In this document: positions 1 through 13,398 of the stretch, in pieces
How positions within the stretch are numbered: the first letter of the stretch is position 1
Layout of the letters: each line of letters starts with the position of its first letter
From: Cetorhinus maximus
Lineage: Eukaryota
NCBI RefSeq assembly: GCF_964194155.1
Contig: NC_135898.1
Span: forward strand, 47,554,001-47,618,000
DNA: 64,000 bases
Direction of reading: 5' to 3'
The notes under the pieces: model-generated
Databases searched by the model: none
Told to the model about the DNA's origin: nothing
What the model saw: only the letters and a program-made list of their open reading frames with translations
Translations under genes and position numbers: made by a program

Positions 1-608
1 TAATAGCTCAGTCAATGGAGCAACTGCATTGCTAAAATTTGGCACAAATTTCCGGTAAAACCCACTCATGCCCAGAAATCTCAAAACTTCTCATTTGTTA
101 TAGACACTGGGAAATCCACAACAGCCTTAACTTTCACATCTTTTGGAGCCACCTTACCATGTCAAATGGTATGGCCTAGATACGTAACTTGCGCTTTTTG
201 CAAATTTACTTTTAGCCAAGTTCATCAGCAAATTAGCTTCTCTCCTTTATACATATTCTCCCCTTTGAATGCAAATTCCCATTGTTTCACTATGTCTTTG
301 GAATTTACCACTCTAATAATAAAAATCTATCATAGTACCACGCACGCCTGTGGACCGTAATATCATGCAACAGTGCGATGGTGTTGGGATGCCCGCCTGA
401 TGTCTTCTCACACGAGTTTGGGTCCACCACATGTCAGCTCAGAGAGCATAAAATTCTGGCCCTACTTTTGTTTGTTTTGAATGAAATTGTGTGTCCTGCA
501 GCTAAGACCTCACTTTATACTTTTATAAAAAAATATCAGCATGGCTAATTTATAAAATCTTTTAAAAACTGGACAAAGGCTTTAAAATGACTGAATCTGT
601 GACTAACA
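1..608 (-). mobile_element. Partial LTR-like repeat, same family as 32028-32820 in opposite orientation, interrupted by a MITE fragment
   Basis: 236-338 is the reverse complement of about 32280-32382 (ttctctcctttatacatatt.tcccctttgaatgca.attcccattgtttcact.tgtctttgga). A TAACA end at 608 is a plausible LTR terminus. Confidence 0.45.
340..462. mobile_element. Harbinger MITE fragment (one terminus)
   Basis: Ends in AAAATTCTGGCCC, the TIR of the Harbinger family in this window. Confidence 0.5.
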
Positions 609-1691
609 ATGACTCAAATAAAGGAACTTCTTGACATTCAGAACAGCTGCCACCTCGTGATCTCTAAAGAGGCACCAATGACCCCTGTGACTGCAGTGAT
701 CAAATCCCAGGGAATTGTACAAAGGCCATTTACATTTCTAAGGCCAGGCCCTAGCCAATCAGATGATCAGTATGCGAAGACAAAGGAGCCCAAAACCTCT
801 TTTGAAATGATTAATGGTTGAAACAATACCAATATCAAGATTCCCGAGAAGGAAAAACAGTTCGGACCAGTATTCTTATTTCACCACTTTACTGGTGTTC
901 CATTTTAAGGTATACAAGACTAGTTCAGACCAGTGTTTTTATTCAGTTTTTACAATTTTTTACTTCTGGGTCCAGACTAAGGAATATACATCCTTTGTCC
1001 AAACCAAAATGGAGAGGTGGGAGTCACATAACACCACCCCACCCCACCCCCCCGCAACCCCCCAAGCTGCTGGAACCTGTAATATTGCCTTGTAGAACTG
1101 CAAAGTTCAGACTGCAATTTTCCAACAACCAAGCAGCAACTCAGAATAAGGACTCATTCAGGGTGAATACCTGGCCCCCATTTACACATTTTTACTGGAA
1201 CTTCTGTACCAGCACCTACAAGACTAATTCATCTCTATGTGCCCATCTCATCTTAGAAGTCATCACTACTGGAAAAGTGAATTATCCAGCATCAGTCTTC
1301 AACCTGCGGACTCTGAAAGAATACATCATTTAACTTCGATTCTGGACTCTGGACTCACATGAAACAATAATTCTTATCTTTGTGATCTTTTCCCTGTACC
1401 TCTTTCTTTTCCTTAACCCTCTTTTATTGTATGAATGTACCAGGGGCTACATAGCAAAAACCACAGCCCCCCCCACTCTCACGTTTTGAGTGTGTATAAA
1501 ATAAACTAACCACTGATTTTACCCTGTAATTGTTAATAGAAATTGGATAACGGCAAAAACTGAGGGGTTGGGGAAAACACGCCACCCCTTCTAAAGAGGG
1601 AAATCAAAATCAAAATACCTTCCTGTTTACAGATGGGTGGTGCGAGGAGAAATCAGGACTGTTTAAATTAAGCCCCCTCCTGTCCGTAACA
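609..1691 (+). mobile_element. Probable solo LTR; 5' boundary uncertain
   Basis: AATAAA at about 1499, followed by a U5-like tract ending CGTAACA at 1691. No credible coding content. Confidence 0.35.
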
Positions 1692-2781
1692 TATGTTAAA
1701 TAGCTTCAGAAGTGACAGCTTCTAAGATGCATCTGGAAGAACTGACCTGAACTGGTAAGAATCACCTGCAAGTTGAGACCTCAAGTTCTGTAGCTTTTAG
1801 CTAATGAAACATATGTTGATATATCCAATTAGGATTGCAATAGAAGTTTGAACAATCTGACATGAACTGAATGTGAGAAGCATTTTAACTTCGAGGTAGT
1901 TTTTAAATGTAGATATGCAAGGAGGAGGAAGAGAATTCCTGGGTATTGGCAGAATTTGTACTGTTACAACCTACAGAAGTAACTTATGCATTGTTTTACA
2001 GTAAAGTCCTGCCGTTTGCAACTGCCTTGTTCACAAATTCATTTACCCTTGCTTTTTACTTTGTAGACAGCATCGCTAATCGCGTGAACAATGCTCGCTT
2101 TTCTGCAGTTTCTTCTCTCTCCCTTTTCTTTTCCTGGGAAGGCGGCAGCCATGAAGGAACATCCAGAGCTACAATAATGGTTCTATTCAATTTCAAACCT
2201 TCACTAGCATCTAATCTAACTCTATGCCTATGTGTTTTACAAACATGTCCTCTAGTTTTCCCATCCCTATAATTCTTAACAAACCCTTTAGAAAGAATTC
2301 AAGGAATCCATGCACATTGCATGCTTTAGTAATCTCTTGTCAAGAAGGCCCCCCATCTGTCCTATACAGGTACTGTACCACAATTTTGCTCGAGAGCCCA
2401 GTACTGCCCTCGCATGGCTGGAACAGATCTAATTGAATCCCATCCAAAAGCATGTTCCCCCTTCGCAATTTCGCCCTTTGCAAGATATCGTGGGAACGTA
2501 ATCCCCACGAATGGTGGGACTTTACTGTATTTCTTAATGCTTTTGTCCCATCATCTTTCTTCCCATGTATACTCAGGATACATGTTAATATTAGCAACAG
2601 TTCCTGATGCTATCTACTACTTCATGCAAGTGATCAGTTTTCACCCGTGTTGATTGTTAGTGTGCTACATACACTCTGGAGCTTCAATACTGAGCCACAC
2701 TTGCCACCTGAAGCCACTGGATAGTCACTGAGAGCAGGAATCTTGAATGAGTTATTTCCCTCCCTAGCCCAGAGGAGCTCA

Positions 2782-3060
2782 CTGTGGTTCAGTGGTAGCT
2801 CTCTTGTCTCTGAGTCAGAAGGTTGTGTGTTCAAGCCCCACTACAGAGTCTCAAGCATGTAAAATACTGAGAGAGTGCTGCACTGTCAATGGTGGGACAT
2901 CTTTCAGGCGAGCTGCTAAACCAAGTCCATCAGCCCTCTCTAGTGGACATAAAAGATCCCATAACACTATTTTTAATCAGGAGAGTTCCACCCCGTGTCC
3001 TAGACAATATTTATCCCTCAACCAACATCTCCAAACAGATTACCTGATCATGATCATGTG
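2782..3060 (+). mobile_element. tRNA-derived SINE with Deu-like core (SacSINE1/DeuSINE-like)
   Basis: Box A TGGTTCAGTGG and box B GTTCAAGCC, then the core taaaagatcccataacactatttt...gtgtcctagacaatatttatccctcaaccaaca. Confidence 0.7.
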
Positions 3061-3069
3061 CATATTCCT

Positions 3070-3305
3070 TTGAAGCTAAAGAACCAGAGAGGACATGAGG
3101 AAACCTTTTCCCCTCAGAGCTATGATTATCTGGAATGCACTGCTTGAAAGGCTGGCAAAAGCAGATTCAATAGTGGCTTTCAAAAGGGACTTGAAGGGAA
3201 GACTTTGCAGGCTTCTAAGGAATGAACAGGATAGTGGGACTAAGTGGATCACTCTTACAAGTCAGTATAGGCACACTGGGCTAAATGGCTTATTCAGTTC
3301 TGAGC
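3070..3305 (+). mobile_element. CR1 LINE 3' fragment
   Basis: IWNALLERLAKADSIVAFKRDL resembles the CR1 ORF2 C-terminus, followed by the gggctaaatggc 3' UTR motif. Confidence 0.6.
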
Positions 3306-3432
3306 CATTCCATCAATACTTAGGCAGACAAGTTGGGAAATCAAACTGGAGGTATGATTCAATTCTACCCTGGCCAGTGGGGACACCGGGAAACACTGGG
3401 GAGTCTTAGTTCCATCATCTCAAAGACCATTG

Positions 3433-4600
3433 GAAATAATGGGGGAAACCAAGGGTCTAATAAGAGTGAAGAACCTAAAGTAATTAATATCAGTAAAGAA
3501 AAAGCACTGGAGAATTTAACGGGACAAAAAGGTGACAAGTCTCTGGACCTGACTGTCTATCCAATGGTTCTAAAAGAGGTGGCTGCAGAGATAGTGGATG
3601 CTTTGATTGTGATTTTTCAAAATTCCCAAAATCCTGGAATGATACCAGTGGATTGCAAAGTAGCAAATGCAACACCACTGTCCAAGAAAGGAAAGAGAGA
3701 GAGAGAATATCGGGAGCTGCAAGCCAGTTAACCTGACATCAGTCATCAGGAAAGTGCTGGAATCCATTATTCAGGAAGGGGTATCAGGGTAATTAGAAAA
3801 TCTTGTATGGTCGGGCAGTGTCAACATGTTTTTACAAAAGGGACATCATGTTTGAGAAATCTATTAGGATTTTCTGAGGATGTAACTAGCATGGTAAATA
3901 AAAGGGAACCAGTGCTTGTGGTATGTTTGAATTTTCAAAAGGAATTCAATGATGTGCCAAATGAAAGACTGTTGCACGAGACAAGGGTTCATCAGGCTGG
4001 GAGTAACATAGTGACATGTGACATAATGACATAGGTTTGGTTCAAAGACAGAAAACAGAGAGTAGGAATGAACAGGTTATTTTTGGGTTAGTGGAGTGCC
4101 ACAAGGAACAGTGCTGGTGCCTCAGCTATTTATAATCTATATTAACGACTTAGATAAAGGGACAGGCTAAAATTTGCTAATGATACAAAGCTAGGTAGGA
4201 AAGTAAGCTGTGAGGAGGACACAGAATCCACAAGGGGATATCAGTAGGTTAAAATGACTGAGCAAGGAGGTGGCAGATGGAGTATAATGTGGAGAAATGT
4301 GAGGTTATTCACTTTGGTAGGAAGAATGGAAAATTTGAATATATTTTAAATGGTGAGAAAATATTAAGTGTTGGTGTTCAGAGGGATTTACCTGTCCTTG
4401 TACAAGAAACAGAGTTAACATGCAGATAGAGCAAGCAGTTAGGAGGGCAAATGGTATGTCGGTCCTTATTACAATGGGGTTGGAGTACAAGAATAAGAAA
4501 GTCTTGCTGCAATTGTAGAAGGCTTCCGTGAGAACACACATGAAACGCTGTGCAATTCTGCTCTCAGTAACTAAGGAAGGATACAACAAAGGATCACCAG
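3433..4600 (+). mobile_element. 5'-truncated CR1 LINE, RT region (left part, split by Harbinger)
   Basis: VLKEVAAEIVDALIVIFQNS..IPVDCKVANATPL, QHVFTKGTSCLRNLLGF and GVPQGTVL motifs, with stops and frameshifts. Confidence 0.9.
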
Positions 4601-4767
4601 GGGCAGAATTTTCTGCCTGTCGGGTGGGCCGTGCGGGAGCGGGCGCGGGCGGGCGTGGATCCGATTGCCGCCCGTGATCGGGTCCATGCCGCCATTTTAC
4701 ACGGGCGGGCCAATTAAGGTGCGGCTCCCGAGGACAGCGGGAGTGGGCAGGCGGCGGCAGGACTGCT

Positions 4768-7045
4768 ATGACCGCAGGGTCCAATGGCGACCTGGCAGCC
4801 TGTCTAAAAGCGCTCCTGCACCCTTGCAAAGACTGTCAAACAAGGCCAGCAGGAGGGCTCCCCAGAGCGCTGCTGGTGAGCAGGCCAGGCAGGAGGGTAG
4901 GGAAGGGGGGCACTGTGCCTCTTGTTTCTCAGACGATTGCCTTGCTGCCCTCCTCAAGGAGGTGGCAGCACAGCAGAAGGTCCTCATTCCCAGGGATGGG
5001 AGGAGGACGCCCACGCACATGACCAAAACTTGCCTGGGAGGAGGTGACGGAGGTAGTGAGCTCCCATGATGTGGTGCGATGCACATGGATCCAGTTCCAC
5101 AAGCGCTTCAACGGCGTCTTGCGCTCGGGGAGGGTGAGTACCATGTTGGCATTGGTCACTTAACCCAGCAGGTCGGCTTTCCCCCCTGCTGCCCCCGCCC
5201 CCCAAGTCTGAGTGTAGTGACTGCATTGAATCATTGACAGCAAGTGTCCTTCGCTGGGTGGGCCAGCAGATATTGCCCATGCCTAGGTCACCCTGAGAGG
5301 GTGGTGATGAGATGGGTTCTGCACCCGCAGCATGTGGTACACTGAGGCCCACATCACTGTTTTGAGGGCAAGCAGGAGAATCTGCATCTAGGCACAGTGC
5401 TGGAACTGCAAAACATGTCAAAGTCAGGGTGCTGACATGCTGGGAGGGGAGCTTCCGGGTGGTGGGGCACTGATCGATCTGCTGCTCTTGGCGCTCCATG
5501 TGCTTGCACCTCCTTGCTTTGCAAGGTAAGACCGTGTGATGCCAAATGTGATGTAGGCAGCATTTGGCCAAGGGGGTTGGGGGGAACACGTCTAGCATCT
5601 TTGTGTGAGTGTGTGGCAGCTGCGAGGTGAGGAGGCACCGGAGCCCTGCAATGTTCCACTCTGGTTGGGGTGGGACGGCAGCGAAGAGATTCCAGGTACA
5701 AGTTGTATTAATCAATGCTCTTCTCTCCTTTTCAGGAGAAGAATGCTCATTATGCCGCCGATCGGGTGAGGACTGGCGGAGGGCCAGCCCAATTGGCAAT
5801 CAAGTTCGAGCAGGAGGCCCTGGATCTAGAGAGGTGCCATGTGCCCAGATCCACCGGTGTCAGTGAGGCTGGGGTGCCACAGGCAGGTATATTTGCCCAG
5901 CACTGAGGTCACTATTGTTCTCCCAGCAGCCACGGCACTGCTGAATGTTCAGTGATTGAAGTTTGCAACATGGCTTGACCATGTCTTATGGAAGGATGAG
6001 CGCATAATGATCCAGGGGACTGGGATGCACATTGACATTGTCTCCACGTTAACTGATCCAATGTCCTTGTCCTTCCTTTCAGCATCAGCGGAGCAGAGCT
6101 GGGAGGAGGAGACACAGGAGTCCCCTCTCACACCTGAGGGCCCTGAAGTCTGACCCACCAGTGTCACACCATCACTGCCAGGCAGGCACCAGCGCAGATA
6201 CTAGCACCTTGGTGGGAATTAGATCATTGGCTGGTGTCCCGGGGCACAGTGGTGAGGGCACTTCACAGTCGCTGGAGGAGCTGGCGGAGACAGACAGCGC
6301 CCATGGTGCCAGCAGTCGGAGGACTGCAGGGGACCAGGCACATGCTCTGTTGCGGGCTGATGATGAGCCTCTGGAGTCATCCATGAGGCAGCAAACGCTG
6401 GAAGTCCAGCAGGGTGTGCGGGAGGATCTGGTGGAGATATATGAGGCTATGCTTGGCTTGGTCCCCATGGTGGAGTAGTCCATGATGACCATCGCCGATG
6501 CAATGAGCCTCATGTCCGAGCACAATGCATCCTCCATGGAGAGAGTGGCGACTCTCATGGAGAGGCTCCTCCAGGAGACCAATCAGGGCTTCGTAGGCTT
6601 GCGCTCGGTCCAGCAAGCCCTCACATTGACCTCAGCTGGTCAGTGCCAGTGTGGGAGATGGTCTGGGCACCAAGTTTCCCAGCTCGGTGCCCTTCCATAC
6701 ACGGTGAGCAGGGAGGTCCGAAGCGACCTCACATCGGCGCAGCAGCTGCCTGTTGTCTCTGTGGGCTCCTCTCAGGACGATCCGGATGAGGGCAGCAGCT
6801 TCTCCGACCCTCTGCCAGTGACCATTGCATCCGATGAGGCTGCGACAACTGGGGAGATGCCAGCTGTGGAACTGACAGCTCCCTCCCAGGCAGGGCCAGC
6901 ACAGGCTCTACGGGCCAGAGGACGCCCGCCAAGGTCATTGAGGCCAACAGGACAGCACAGTGAGCAGGCTGTCTCCAATACCAGTGCCAACGATGGGGGA
7001 GCTCCTAGGTGTAGCACCCGAAAGCGTAAATTTAAGGCACCTTAG
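4768..7045 (+). pseudogene. Harbinger Myb/SANT-like (trihelix; NAIF1/MSANTD-like) DNA-binding protein, 3 exons, disrupted
   Basis: Exon 1 (start uncertain) to 5133: FSDDCLAALLKEV...WEEVTEVVSSHDVVRCTWIQFHKRFN, donor GTGAGT. Exon 2 5736-5886: EKNAHYAADRVRTGGGP. Exon 3 6083-7045 ends RCSTRKRKFKAP*. Both acceptors are polypyrimidine-CAG. Frameshift near 5030, stops at 6151 and 6476. Confidence 0.8.
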
Positions 7046-7370
7046 GCACACCACAGTTTTCTCACTGGTGCTTTTGCGTTGCCCCTCAATGAAGTCATGA
7101 TTAGTTGGCGTGCTGTTTGACACCTTTGTCATTTTGTTTCCTTAAGTTCATGCTGTTATATCATTAAATTTAGATATGTGACCATGGCTGAGGGTGACCA
7201 TTTTCCTCTGCAGGTGGATGGTTACCCATGATGTTATGAGTGAGTTGTGTCACAATGAGCTTTATTGACAAGCTCCTTCGTTAATGTTCCTACCCAGTCA
7301 GATTTTGCTCTCAGGTATCGAGTATGGAGCCTGCAGCCCTGGCTTGTGTTGGAGGTCCATCTGTGGTGTT

Positions 7371-8262
7371 CTAGCTGAAGGTTCGTTGGATTAAAGCCTC
7401 CCAGGTGTCCCTGCCTCCCTGGAGTATGCCCGCGTCAGCAGCTATCCCCTCAGCATTTCCCTGTGCATGCTCATCCTCGGGCTCACTGCTGGACTCATCG
7501 TGTGCAGCCGCAGCAACTGCGTCTACATCTTCTTCGTCCACAGTGTCGCCCTTTTCCAGTGCAAGGTTGTACAGAGCACGGCATGCAACCACCATCAGCA
7601 ACACACATTCTGGGGGGTATTGGGCACCGGGCTCACCTGCTGGCACCTTGATGGCCACACGTGTACAGTCTATAGCACCCTGGACACGGGGGAAGCCAGC
7701 AATCGCTACAAAGCCTCTGGCTCACTGTGTCTGGCTGGCCTGGTCCCAGTGGTAGTAGATGAAGGTCAATGCACACCTGAACAGAGCGTCTGTCACCTGT
7801 TTGATACAAGTGTGGACAGCTGATTGGGAGGCACCGCAAAGATCACCCACCAAGCTCTGGAAAGAGCCAAAGGCATAAAGGCTGAGGGCAGCTATGACCT
7901 TTAGGGCCACTGGCATGGGCTGTCCACCCACACAGTTAGCGGAGATCTAGAGATCTCAGGGTCTATCATCTGACAGATAAAGTTGACTGTCTCCCTCAAG
8001 AGATGGAGCCTCTTTTGGCACAGAACCTCTGACATATTGAGGTAGCTGCTTTGCCGCCTGTATACCCTGGCAGCAGGATAGTGGCGTTTTCTGCGGCCCC
8101 TCTGCCTTGGACTTCCTGTTGGCCCTGCGCCCCTTATGCCTGCGCCTGACCTCCCAAAGGTGGCTCCCCTGGGGGCTGAATGTGCAATCCTCACCTCCTC
8201 CCCTTTCTGGCCCTCCCTTCTTCCTCAGAGGAGGTGCCTCCAGTGCCGAGCACAACTCCCAT
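7371..8262 (-). pseudogene. Harbinger transposase (HARBI1-like DDE), internally deleted
   Basis: LKVIAALSLYAFGSFQ, GAIDCTRVAIK and VVACRALYNLAL motifs. The central region with the HD and GDKGY motifs is missing (GEPGA joined directly to QYPP) relative to the copy at 37156-38396. Confidence 0.88.
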
Positions 8263-8744
8263 TCCCAGGCTAGGGGGAGGCTTCCTGAAACCTGCAGGCC
8301 CCAAAAAGGATCTTCACTGCAGTGTGCTGACCTGAAGGTCGTGAGTCCTGTTTAAGCAGCTGGTATGAATTTTGAAGTATTTCTGCTCACACAGGCAAGT
8401 ATCAGTAACTTTCCAAATTAAATATCTAAGCACAATCGTGACCCCACTGACTCTTCTTATCCCGCCCGTGGATGAGGTTTATACAAATGTGTCCTACACA
8501 CCTGCCCGTTGCGCTCATGTGAAGACCTGAAGATTGCACGGGCCACGAAAAATCACTGTCAATTGGTGCCTCAAGGACCTTAAGTGGCCCGTTAATTAAT
8601 GGGGGGCACGCATCGGAGATCATTGTGCGCCCGCCCACCGAAATATCGTGATGGCATTGGGACGCTCGCCCAACGTCACCGCGCGTCATTTTACGCGTCG
8701 GCGTGCGGGGCCCGCTCCCACACGCCAACGGGAAAATTCTGCCC

Positions 8745-9198
8745 CAGATCAATTTCTGGCATGAGAGGGTTGTCCTGAAGAAAGATTAAGTAGAATTGGC
8801 CTACACTCTCTGGGATTTCGAAGAATGTAAGGGGATCTCATTGAAACATAAGGTTCTGAGAGGGTTTGACAGGGTAGTTCTGAGAGGTTGTTTCCCTTGG
8901 CTGCAGAGTCTAGGGACTAGGGAACATATTCTCAGAATAAAGGAGATCACCATTTTGGACTGAAAATAGGAGAGATTTCTACACTTGGAGGATTGGGAAT
9001 TTTGAATGGGAACTGGAAATAGCTGTGGATGCTCGGTTAGTGAGTATCGATAGATTTTTGGACTCGAAGAAATCAAGGGATATGGGAATTGGGCAGGAAA
9101 GTGGAGTTGAGGTCGAAGATTAGCCATGATCTTATTAAACTGTGCAGCACACTCGTGGGGCCACATGGCCTACTCCTGTTTCTATTTCTTATGTTCTT
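8745..9198 (+). mobile_element. CR1 LINE 3' end (right part of 3433-4600)
   Basis: ORF2 C-terminal remnant, 3' UTR and tail ggcctactcctgtttctatttcttatgttctt. Confidence 0.88.
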
Positions 9199-9899
9199 CC
9201 ACTAATCCCATCTGGCCAGTGATCCACTTACCCACATTTATCTTCATTGGAACTCATGAGCGCAAATCAATTCATGGAAAGGTTGCAATTCCAATTTAGT
9301 GCTTCCATAAGAGTCATAATCATTTTTTAAAACAATTTCTTTAAGCAATTCATCCAAGCCATAGGTAACCCTGTACCTAACTCTTGAGTCAACATCATAC
9401 ATCTACTAGAGCCAGATAAGTTTTTAAGTTAATCAGTGTTGAAACATTAGTAGTTTTAAAAGAATTAAACCAGCATTTTAGTGGCAGTGATTACAAACAA
9501 GGAAAATATAGTGGGTCTATACAGTGCACTAAGCCAGGCAGTGCATGGAGTTTTATCATATTGCTTACAGACATTCTAAAATATAAACTGACATTTATCA
9601 TATATAGAATATAAACAAGGATAAGCAGGCATTTACAGACAGTGAATGATGGAATGTAATTGAGTAGCAGTAAGTCTGCAACCTCTGACTCTAATGGCTG
9701 AATGGGTTGTTAGTTCTTAACAACATGCATTGTCTATTTTTTAGTAAACTGCCCCTCAGAAGCAATTTAACCAGTTTATGAATCGCACCAATGGAACCTG
9801 GAACAAAATTACTAGGAAGGAAGACAATGGTGCTTGTGCTCTCACCACAGTGATAAGAAAGGGATCCTTCAAAATGCATGGAGTATTTGAAAAATAGGA

Positions 9900-10183
9900 A
9901 GAGAAACTTGCATTTATGTAGCATCTTTCATGAACTTATGATGCTCCAATGTTTTTTTACAATCAATCAAGTACTTGTGAATTGTAATCACAGGTGTAAT
10001 GCAAGAAACACAGCAACCAATCCGAGAGGGCAGACAGTCTCACCTAAACGACAGTATACCTCTGACAATGCAGCACTTCCTCAGTTCTTTACAAAACTAC
10101 CAGCCTAGATTTTTGTGCTCAAGTCCGTGGAGTGGGGCATGAACACGCAACCTTCTAACTCAGAAGTCAGCCACGGCTGACAC
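9900..10183 (-). mobile_element. Deu-like tRNA SINE, internally deleted
   Basis: Reverse-strand head gtgtcagccgtggct...gttcatgcc and tail ...tacataaatgcaagtttc. Same family as 2782-3060. Confidence 0.65.
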
Positions 10184-11260
10184 CCTAAATTAAGTTCAAA
10201 ATAACTTGCAGTGACATGCAAGATATAAGGAACTAAGTTTAACCGCTTTAATGTTTCAACAACATTAAAAAAAATCTCTCAATTTACTGTCTGGGGCTCT
10301 TTGTGTTATTACAAGGATTTCTTTTAATTGCAAGAGTCTCTCTCTATTCTCAAAATCGTAGTGCACATCCCCTGCACAATTATTTCTTGGCACACAACTG
10401 AACAGTTAATATCCTTAGTAGTCCAGCAGACTAGCTTCTAACCATTCACAGTATTTTTGCTAGCCTTTTGAATCATGCATGTTATATCACCCCTAATTGA
10501 GAGTTCTACATTTTAATCTCCAATCAAAATCTCTGTGTTGTTCCAATATCTGTTTTCTGAAGAGTTTCATCACCTAAAATCTATTGACTTTTTCTTCAAG
10601 TACTCAACGGATAATTTAAGCAATTTTCCATAATCTACCTCTTCGTACCTAACATGAAAACATTTGATGTCAGTTTAGAAGTGGTGTTAAATTATGGAAT
10701 TAGGATTAATGGATTTAAATTTAAAAGTAGTGACATCTTATTGACTTTTGCAATTCTTATGCACTCTCGAATCCTTCCTACTAATATCCAACATTAAAAA
10801 CTGATAGAAGGGAGAGTGGAGTTTGCAATAGGTTAGTATACTTTCCTTTCGAATCTCAAGCATGGGATTGAATCTATTTCAGGGTCCTGAGCTGAAGAGT
10901 TCATCGATCTGTCAGCTGTAAGGAGCCCTATCAATCATGGCATGGATTTAACATCAATGAGTGGGGTAGGTTTTTTTGCATTGGTTGCAGGTAGTGCTGG
11001 AACAGCATGGTACAGGCTTACCATTAACCTGAGCGAAAACATGACTAACTCTGACGTAGCTTTGTGAATCAACCCCAATTAGACAGGCACAGTAAAGTCA
11101 TGGCATATAATTCAATAGTTTTCCCGGACTGCCTGATCATAGCACGATGCTATCAGTGCTCATGTTAAGGATGGGAGCGAATTGGCGGGATGACTTTTCC
11201 CTTTTTCCTCACCCTTCAGTTGTGTGCAACACTATTTTAGAAGGAGTATTTTAAAACTCT

Positions 11261-12214
11261 TGTAGTGTTGTGATTTTTAATAATGAACACAAGACAGGTT
11301 TCTGGTATGTTTAAATCAGAAGAAACGATAAACGTTTATTCACACAATACCCCAAAATGTAAACGCAACAAAAATACTACTCCCTCAGATACACAGGCAC
11401 ACACACACACACAAGAAAAGCTGAATTCTAAAGACGAAGCATACAAAGTTCTTCACAGAATAACAAGCAGCAAAATCATGTGCTTAAATCAGCCCTTTTT
11501 ATGATGCAGCATTGCAGGTCTGGCTTATCCTTTGGGGATGAATGGAAACTGGAGGTCTCTAGGTTTCCAGATGAAGTTGTGGCCTAGTTTGTGAAGGCAA
11601 ATTAGTCCCCTTCGCACTGCCTGGTTTTGACTGATTGTTTACGCAGAATTCTGTTTTTCTTGCTGGAGAAATGGCCCCTCTTGTGTCCTGTTGGTCTCCA
11701 GACTGACTTGTCTCTGGCTGGTTCTTGAAGTAATAAGATTTGTTATCCGAAGACAGTTTCAATCATGAGATCACATGATCACTACTTCTATTGTCCACAT
11801 AAATGATTCAAAGGAAGAAGACATTGCTACATAAAGCAGGATGAATGATGGCTGTTCACAGCTGCTTGTGATAAACTGGTTTCTCTGCACCTCTCTTTGT
11901 TAAGTTCAGAGCTCGCAGACACTGAGTCTGGGGGGAGCCACTGAATTTGAGTTTCAGTAAATAACCAGGCAATAATAGATGTAATTCACAAGGGGTTTCA
12001 CATCTAGCATGCCTATTCAAGGGATGGCATTCCACCCACAGTCATTTACATTTTAACAACTTTCCAGAAACCTGAATTAATTATTTGTGCAGAAAAAGAT
12101 CACTTGACCCTCTCGTCCATCTTTGCAGCACATTGTTCACTTTTTAAAGTCAATTTCAAAATGTTTGCATTGACTAAGGTCCATATCTTGAAAGTTAGGA
12201 ATATGATATCTTTA
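11261..12214 (-). mobile_element. Possible solo LTR
   Basis: TG...TTTACA boundaries, TTTATT near 11335 (minus-strand polyA signal) and LTR-like composition. No TSD confirmed. Confidence 0.3.
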
Positions 12215-13398
12215 CAGGGGATGACATCATAAAATATCACTGTTCCCCAATGCACAATAGTTTGTAACTTTACATAAAAAAAATTACAGAGTTATTACCG
12301 ATGGCACAATGCAATAGGTTGACACACTTATTGCTAATAATTTGTCACTGAGATATCTTAAGTAACCCCATGTGCAAAATTAGATAATGGGGCATAAAAT
12401 TGGTGATATTATCATATTTATTAATTGTTCTTAATATAGAAAGATCCTGATTTCCACTTCATTTAGTTATAGCGTGACTGGAGTTAATCTCTCGCTGTGT
12501 GATGTCTCTCTTCTATTGTACATTATGGAAACTTACTACATAGACATATCAGGCAGCAGCAGTCAAATATGTATTTGTGAGAGAAAGAGTTAGATTGTGA
12601 TCACTGGTTGCAACCATGTGAAATAATTTAAATCATTGATCTAAAATGACAAATGGAAGAGACAATCAGAGGAGAAAAGTTATGGCCTCTGGGAAATGCA
12701 CCTGACTGGTTACAAGAGGAGATTGCAGCAGTTCATATAATTCTTCTTGCTTAGCAACATAAAATGGGGCACTTCTTCTCACAATGCTTCAGAACATTTA
12801 ATTATCACAAAAAGCAAATTAAAAATGTGACCTCTCTCAGTGCCTCAGTTGATAGCAAACTTTCCAGTGTGAGCAATAGCAAAAATATTCAGAATGTGAA
12901 CAAATGAAGTGACATTTTCAGGTATGGGCCTACCATCGCCAAGGAAAACATTTGCAGTAATGCCCAAAACTGTTGCCATGGCATCTTTGAATGATTCACA
13001 GCAAGATCGTTTGGAGTTATTTAAAAGCAAATGCCTACCTATTTTTCTTAATGAAAGAAGGTGAGAGAAGGATGAGGAAAATGAGCCATTGACAGAGGAA
13101 TACAGAAACAGCAATAAAAGAAATTTCAGTTAGTGGCTATATTTGCATGTACTTTATTCGTATGTACTTACCAACTGTAGTTAACCTTGAAATCACTGCT
13201 ATTGTCTAATGACTCAGTAGTTGAAGAGTTAGCACTGAAGTTATTACTAACACCAGAAACAAAAAGGTATGTTTATCAAATGCTGCTCAATATTTCAGGC
13301 TGAACATAAATTGAGTAGGTGATCTTGAATTTAGCACAGGTTATAAATCTGATTTCACTAGATTATAATAATTTCTAATTAGATATTATAGAATCATA

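Larger units (their letters stand above)
4601..8744. mobile_element. PIF/Harbinger DNA transposon, full span (4144 bp), defective
   Basis: TIRs GGGCAGAATTTTC (4601) and GAAAATTCTGCCC (8744). Perfect 3-bp TSD CAG at 4598-4600 and 8745-8747. Convergent Myb/SANT and transposase genes. Removing it restores the CR1 sequence. Confidence 0.95.

Noticed and set aside
818-1333. 171-aa ORF
   Set aside because: It lies in LTR-like sequence with low-complexity C runs and has no recognisable domain.
4984-5799. 271-aa minus-strand ORF
   Set aside because: It is antisense to the Harbinger Myb gene and its first intron, GC-rich, with no recognisable motif.
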